Positions 58,782 to 64,000 of a DNA stretch of 64,000 nt are shown piece after piece. The stretch's first letter is position 1; each line of letters starts with the position of its first letter. The notes below the pieces were generated by a model. It made no database searches. It had not been told where the DNA came from and saw nothing but the letters and a program-made list of their open reading frames with translations. The position numbers were made by a program, and so were the translations under genes. The DNA comes from an uncultured Gammaproteobacteria bacterium (GTDB lineage Bacteria; Patescibacteriota; Microgenomatia; Levybacterales; UBA12049): positions 159,154 to 223,153 of the forward strand of contig CAZWXQ010000003.1 of assembly GCA_964637955.1 (NCBI GenBank), given 5' to 3'.

Positions 58782-59924
58782 TTAGTTAGATAAAACTGTT
58801 ACTAGCGCGCTTGCTCCTACTCCTCCCAAATTACATGTTAATCCATAATTAAGTTTTTCAATTTGACGTTCTCCAGCTTCTCCTCGAAGCTGTTTTACTA
58901 CCTCTACCATTTGCCCAACTCCAGTTGCTCCAACTGGATGTCCTTTTGCTTTTAATCCACCGCTAGTATTAATAGGGATTTTCCCACTTCTTTTTGTTTG
59001 CCCATTGTCAATAAGTTTTTTTGCCTGACCTTTTTCGCATAACCCTAAATCTTCCATTTCGACAATTTCTGCAATAGTAAAGCAATCATGTAATTCTGCA
59101 AAAGAAATATCTTTTGGAGTAATGCCAGCCATAGAATATGCTTTTTTTGCTGCAGCAACCACAGAAGGAATTGTAGTCAAATCAGTTCTATTAAATAAAC
59201 TGATTGGCCCAACAACGTGTCCCATACCTAATATATATACAGGTTTTTGCAACTTATGATCAATGGCATCTTCTGAAGAAAGAATTACTGCAGCTGCTCC
59301 ATCTGAAATTGGTGAGCAATCTAAGAGTTTTAATGGAGATGATATTAATCGTGAAGACATAACATCATCGACTGTGATTTTTTTATGAAAGTGAGCTAAT
59401 GGATTTAAAAATGCATTATCGTGATTTTTAACTGCAACTTTTGCAAGATGAGTTTCATCTGAATGATATTTTGCAAAATAAGCATTTGCAATAAGTGCAA
59501 AAAGAGAAGGAAATGTAAATCCATGTTTCATTTCCTCTTTGCTTGCTGCAGTGCTAAGTATCTTTGTTGCAGTATCAATAGTAACTCCAGTCATTTTTTC
59601 AACTCCAATAACCAAAACGTTTTTGTATCTTCCACTTAATATGGCAAGCATTCCTTGCTTTACGGCCAAGCTGCCAGATGCGCATGCGGATTCAACTCGA
59701 GTAATTTCAGTGGTTAACCCAAGCTCTTCAGAAGTAACAGCAGAAATGTGCCCTTGCATCGTGAATTGACTTGAAAAATTTCCGATATAAACAGCGTCTA
59801 TTTCATTTAATTTAATATGCGAATTTTCTATTGCGTCTGTAGCTGCCTGTTTTATAAGCTCTTCTAGAGTTTGCGGTAATACGCCAAATTTTGTATGTCC
59901 AATGCCGGTTATTGCAATTCTCAT
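58782..59924 (-). CDS. archaeal/SCP2-type thiolase (acetyl-CoA C-acetyltransferase)
   Basis: VESACASG (Cys), SPISDGAAA, ELHDCF, GHPVGATG. Confidence 0.93.
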   Translation of the reverse strand: MRIAITGIGHTKFGVLPQTLEELIKQAATDAIENSHIKLNEIDAVYIGNFSSQFTMQGHISAVTSEELGLTTEITRVESACASGSLAVKQGMLAILSGRYKNVLVIGVEKMTGVTIDTATKILSTAASKEEMKHGFTFPSLFALIANAYFAKYHSDETHLAKVAVKNHDNAFLNPLAHFHKKITVDDVMSSRLISSPLKLLDCSPISDGAAAVILSSEDAIDHKLQKPVYILGMGHVVGPISLFNRTDLTTIPSVVAAAKKAYSMAGITPKDISFAELHDCFTIAEIVEMEDLGLCEKGQAKKLIDNGQTKRSGKIPINTSGGLKAKGHPVGATGVGQMVEVVKQLRGEAGERQIEKLNYGLTCNLGGVGASALVTVLSN

Positions 59925-60024
59925 TAGTTTACAAATTTCTTTTTGCTATGATAGACAATTTTATATTTATAAACAAGTATTGCAAAAATTCAGCCCCATT
60001 TAAATTTAGATTATTATATTTATT

Positions 60025-61131
60025 TTAATATGTCCGGGTAGTTTTTTTTTCATAAAAACGAAGTATGCATTCGCTTACTTTTTTTATGTCACTGTCTTTT
60101 AGAGTAAAAGCTGAAGGTAACCAAAGAGTAGATTTTGATATCTTTGTAGCTAACGGAAATTTAGTGCCATTTTGCTTGTAGTAATTCTGAGTGTGGATTG
60201 GAAACCAAAAATTCCTTGAGTCAATATTATTTTTATTCAAAAAATTTACTAAATTATCCCGATCATTAAAAATTCCATCAGACCATTGTGGTACTTCTTC
60301 AGATTTAAATTTAAATAAAGAAAAATGTTTGCTTTTCCCTAAATATTTTACATACAGTTCATAATTTCTTTTAAGTCTTTGAAGCCTCGCCTCTAGTTGA
60401 TTTAATTGTCCTAGGCCAATTGCAGCTTGAACATCTGTAAATTTAAAGTTGTAACCAATTCCTTCATGAATATCATCTCCTCCGGTGCCTCGTTTTGGTC
60501 GTCCTTGGTCTTTTAGCTCAACAAGTTTTTTATAAAGTTTGGAATCATTCGTAGCAACAAATCCACCTTGGCCAGTAGTGATCGTTTTGGCAGGGGAAAG
60601 TGAAAAACAACCTGTTAATCCGATTGTGCCTAAAAATTTGTTTTTGTGCATAGACATAAATGCCTCAGCAGCGTCTTCGATTATAGGTATATTAGTATTT
60701 TTACTTATTTCTAAAAGGCTATCTAAATCTGCCGCATGTCCACTTACATGGACTGGAATGATCGCCTTTGTTTTTTTAGTTATAGCTTTTTTAGTTGCTT
60801 CGATACTGATTGTGGGGCTATTAGTATCGACATCTACGAGAATTGCTTTTGCACCGGTCATTTCTACTGCATTTGCTGTTGCAATGAAAGTTATATCAGG
60901 AACAATAACTTCGTCTCCTGGGCCCACTCCAATAGCTTTTAGAGACAGAAACATGCCCGACGTCGCATTTGTAACTACTAGAACATGTTTTACTTTAAGT
61001 AATTTAGCAAGTTTATCTTGAAATTTAATAGATAGGTCACCTTCGTTGGGGAAGTTACTTTTAAGTACAGACTTAATGAGCTTATATTCTTCTTTGCCAA
61101 TTATTGGTTGCCACCATGGAATTTTTTTCAT
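60025..61131 (-). CDS. DegT/DnrJ sugar aminotransferase (perosamine synthase-like)
   Basis: TFIATANA, EDAAEA, FSLSPAKTITTGQGG, GYNFK. Confidence 0.93.
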   Translation of the reverse strand: MKKIPWWQPIIGKEEYKLIKSVLKSNFPNEGDLSIKFQDKLAKLLKVKHVLVVTNATSGMFLSLKAIGVGPGDEVIVPDITFIATANAVEMTGAKAILVDVDTNSPTISIEATKKAITKKTKAIIPVHVSGHAADLDSLLEISKNTNIPIIEDAAEAFMSMHKNKFLGTIGLTGCFSLSPAKTITTGQGGFVATNDSKLYKKLVELKDQGRPKRGTGGDDIHEGIGYNFKFTDVQAAIGLGQLNQLEARLQRLKRNYELYVKYLGKSKHFSLFKFKSEEVPQWSDGIFNDRDNLVNFLNKNNIDSRNFWFPIHTQNYYKQNGTKFPLATKISKSTLWLPSAFTLKDSDIKKVSECILRFYEKKTTRTY

Positions 61132-61288
61132 TTGTATCCTTTTAAATAAATTTCAACAATTTGCTTGCCGTCTATAATTTTTTTAGTTATTTATAAAATC
61201 TTTTGAATTATATCAAAATGCGAATATCAATTTACATTGCTTTTATGTTAATTAAAAAACAATTATAATCACATCTGACTAGATATAC

Positions 61289-62248
61289 ATGGAAAAAATT
61301 TTAATTACTGGAGGAACTGGATTTTTAGGAAGTGCTTTGACTAGAAAACTTATTAAATTAGGTTTTAATGTAAGCGTGTTTGATAATGATTATAGAGGTA
61401 ATAAATCAAGGCTTCATGATGTTGAAAAAGATTTCGAATTTATAAAAGGGGACATCAGGGATTTATCTAGTGTTTCAAAAGCATTAAAAAATAAAGATAT
61501 TGTTTTTCACTTAGCTTATATAAATGGGACAGAGTTTTTTTATAGTAAGCCTGAATTAGTTTTAGAAGTAGCTGTAAAAGGAACTATGAATGTCATGGAC
61601 GCGATGATAAAAAACAGCGTTTCCGAAATTTTTTATGCAAGTAGTTCAGAAGTTTATTTTTTACCAAAGAAAATTCCAACTGATGAAACTGCGCAGCTTT
61701 TAATTCCTGATCCAAAAAATCCAAGATTTTCATACTCAGGAGGAAAAATTATTAGTGAATTAATTGCATTAAATTATGGTAAAAAGTATTTTGAAAGAAC
61801 CGTTATATTTAGGCCTCATAATGTTTTTGGGCCTGATATGGGAAATGAACATGTTATTCCTCAGTTCATTAATAGAATGCATGAGCAAAATCTTAAAAGA
61901 GGAAATAAATTTTTATTTCCAATTCAGGGTACTGGACAGGAAACCCGAGCATATATTTATGTTGATGATTTTATAAGTGGATTGGAAATATTATTAAAAA
62001 AGGGTAAAAACCTAGAAATATATCACATCGGGTCGGAAGAGGAGATCAAAGTTGAAAAATTAGCTTACGAAATTGCTAAGATAATGAATGTTAATATTAA
62101 GATTAAGCCCAGCAAATTACTTGAGGGGAGTACTCCTAGGCGCGCTCCAGACATCTCAAAAATTAAAAAATTAGGTTTTAAGCAAAAGACTGATTTGATT
62201 GAGGGATTAACAAAAACTATCAATTGGTATGTAGACAAAAAAATATAA
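61289..62248 (+). CDS. NAD-dependent nucleotide-sugar epimerase/dehydratase
   Basis: ITGGTGFLG, ASSSEVY, YSGGK, RPHNVFGP. Confidence 0.93.
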   Translation: MEKILITGGTGFLGSALTRKLIKLGFNVSVFDNDYRGNKSRLHDVEKDFEFIKGDIRDLSSVSKALKNKDIVFHLAYINGTEFFYSKPELVLEVAVKGTMNVMDAMIKNSVSEIFYASSSEVYFLPKKIPTDETAQLLIPDPKNPRFSYSGGKIISELIALNYGKKYFERTVIFRPHNVFGPDMGNEHVIPQFINRMHEQNLKRGNKFLFPIQGTGQETRAYIYVDDFISGLEILLKKGKNLEIYHIGSEEEIKVEKLAYEIAKIMNVNIKIKPSKLLEGSTPRRAPDISKIKKLGFKQKTDLIEGLTKTINWYVDKKI

Positions 62249-62265
62249 ATGACGTATAAATTACA

Positions 62266-63534
62266 ATGATGATAAAAGATCAGCTTAAGAAAACATACAA
62301 AACAAATAAAAGCGTGATAGTTGATTCGTGTCAAACTTGCGGTAATAAAAATCTAGTATCAATAATATTTTTAGGATATATGCCGCCAGTTAATACGATG
62401 CCAAAAATTGGTTCAAAGCCAAATGAGGAGCCTAGTTTTCCAGCCCAACTTCTTTATTGTTCAAAATGTCACTTAGTTCAAATAGGGTTGATCGTTGATC
62501 CTGTGATTCTTTTTCCAAAAAGCTATCCCTATACTAGCGGTACAACGAAAGTATTGAGAGAAAATTTTGCCGATTTGTGGGATGAATCATCAAAGCTTAT
62601 CTCATTTGATAACAAGGATCTTGTAGTTGATGTTGGATCGAATGACGGAACTCTTCTTAGTAATTTTAAAGACCACTCAAAAGTTTTAGGAATTACACCA
62701 GAAGATATAGGTAGATTAGCAATTAAAAAAGGAATACCTACAATTCTTGATTATTTCAACGAAAATAGCGTAAATGTCGCTCTTAAAAAATATGGGAAAG
62801 CGAAATTGGTTACAGCTGCAAATGTATTTGCTCATATCGAGCATGTTCATGAAGTTTTAAATAATATATTGAAAATGCTTACCAAAGACGGAGTTTTTAT
62901 AAGTGAATCTCATTATCTTTTGCCACTTATTAACGATGTTCAATACGATACGATTTATCACGAACATTTAAGATATTATTCTCTCCATAGCTTGAAATAT
63001 TTACTCGAAATGCACGGCCTTGAAGTATTCCACGTAAAAGAGATTCCTTCACATGGTGGATCGATTCGGGTATATGCAAGTAAAAAAGGTAATTATAAAG
63101 TTGATAAAACTGTTTCAAGTCAATTAAAAAAGGAAAAAGGAGTTGTAACGAGCATGGAATCATTTAAAAATTTTGAGAAAAAAGTTATCCAATCAAAACT
63201 GGATCTGGCAAAAATAATTAGTGACATTAAAAAGAAAAACGGGAGAATATATGGAATAAGCGCTCCATCTAGAGGAACTACCTTAATTAATTATTTAGGT
63301 TTTGATTATGGAATCGTGGATGCGATTGTTGAGATTAAAGGATCATATAAAATTGGAAAATATTTACCTGGAACACTTATTCCAGTACTTGATGAAGAAA
63401 GACTTATTAAAGATCAACCTGAGTATGCACTTTTATTGTCTTGGCATATTACAGATGAATTAATTCCAAAATTGAGAGCAAAAGGGTTTAGGGGTAAATT
63501 TATAAAGCCTTTACCGATACCGAAGGTGGTATGA
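62266..63534 (+). CDS. NDP-sugar C-methyltransferase (TylC3/NovU/TcaB9-like)
   Basis: CQTC...CSKC zinc site, [26 protein letters not shown]. Confidence 0.9.
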   Translation: MMIKDQLKKTYKTNKSVIVDSCQTCGNKNLVSIIFLGYMPPVNTMPKIGSKPNEEPSFPAQLLYCSKCHLVQIGLIVDPVILFPKSYPYTSGTTKVLRENFADLWDESSKLISFDNKDLVVDVGSNDGTLLSNFKDHSKVLGITPEDIGRLAIKKGIPTILDYFNENSVNVALKKYGKAKLVTAANVFAHIEHVHEVLNNILKMLTKDGVFISESHYLLPLINDVQYDTIYHEHLRYYSLHSLKYLLEMHGLEVFHVKEIPSHGGSIRVYASKKGNYKVDKTVSSQLKKEKGVVTSMESFKNFEKKVIQSKLDLAKIISDIKKKNGRIYGISAPSRGTTLINYLGFDYGIVDAIVEIKGSYKIGKYLPGTLIPVLDEERLIKDQPEYALLLSWHITDELIPKLRAKGFRGKFIKPLPIPKVV

Positions 63535-64000
63535 GTAAGAAAATCTTAATAAGTGTTATTGTCCCGGTTTATAATGAAAAGGGAAATATTAAATCTGCAG
63601 TAAGCCTCTCTGAAAAAGTTATTAAGTATCCCCACGAATATATTGTCGTTTATGATTTCGATGAAGACGATACAATCCCTGTCGCTAAAGAGTTGATAGA
63701 TAAGGGATTTGGTCTTAGGCTAATAAAAAATAAATATGGTTCTGGGGTCACAAATGCTGTCAGGACGGGCTTTTTAAATGCTGAAGGTGAATGTGTGGTT
63801 GTATTTTCTCCTGATGGCGCTGATGACCCTAAAGCTATAAATTTAATGTACGAAAAAATGCTTGAAGGTTACGATTTAATCTGTGCGACAAGATACTCGA
63901 GTGGAGGAAAAAGATTAAATCAAAATTCCGTAAAATCTTTTCTTTCTAATTTTGTTGGAATTTCAACCCCATTTGTTTTAGGAATTAATATAACAGATCT
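63531..64000 (+). CDS. GT2, DPM1-like (3' partial)
   Basis: Not in the track; [19 protein letters not shown]...DDT...CATRYSSGG, open to the window end; paralog of 57056..57814. Confidence 0.88.
   Translation, partial: MSKKILISVIVPVYNEKGNIKSAVSLSEKVIKYPHEYIVVYDFDEDDTIPVAKELIDKGFGLRLIKNKYGSGVTNAVRTGFLNAEGECVVVFSPDGADDPKAINLMYEKMLEGYDLICATRYSSGGKRLNQNSVKSFLSNFVGISTPFVLGINITD

Noticed and set aside
57815-59924. PHA (phaAB) or mevalonate pathway
   Set aside because: No phaC or HMG-CoA synthase in the window and the context is sugar modification; cannot be excluded genome-wide

Overview
AT-rich bacterial window whose gene content and architecture suggest a Patescibacteria/CPR organism, probably Microgenomates (inference). 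Four blocks: (1) 1-10 kb, division/cell-wall cluster (murE end, murC, murA, single-domain glmU, mraY, ftsW, murG, mini-ftsQ, ftsA, ftsZ), followed by a NUDIX gene and a second, synonymously diverged copy of the ftsZ C-terminal peptide sequence in frame behind the NUDIX stop. (2) 10.5-32.2 kb, a surface-glycan island: flippase, small HTH regulator, a 1203-aa GT2/processive synthase/GT4 fusion, kinase, CE4 deacetylase, three GT2s, GT-C membrane transferases, a GH-A-like hydrolase, an LANTG surface protein with its sortase, and a convergent second copy of the synthase/GT-C/GT-C core. (3) 32.4-45 kb, an RND pair plus housekeeping genes (FKBP, ileS, rodA, rplU, rpmA, parB, lepB). (4) 45.5-64 kb, an unusual-sugar cluster (formyl-, amino-, acyl- and C-methyl-transferases, GT2/GT-C) containing an archaeal-type thiolase and an OB-fold/SDR fusion that may supply 3-hydroxybutyryl-CoA. 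No tRNA, rRNA, CRISPR array, integrase or transposase was recognised. The ORF track mislabels 12088..13341 (it is on the minus strand) and omits the partial ORF at 63531. All calls come from motif recognition by eye; no searches were run.
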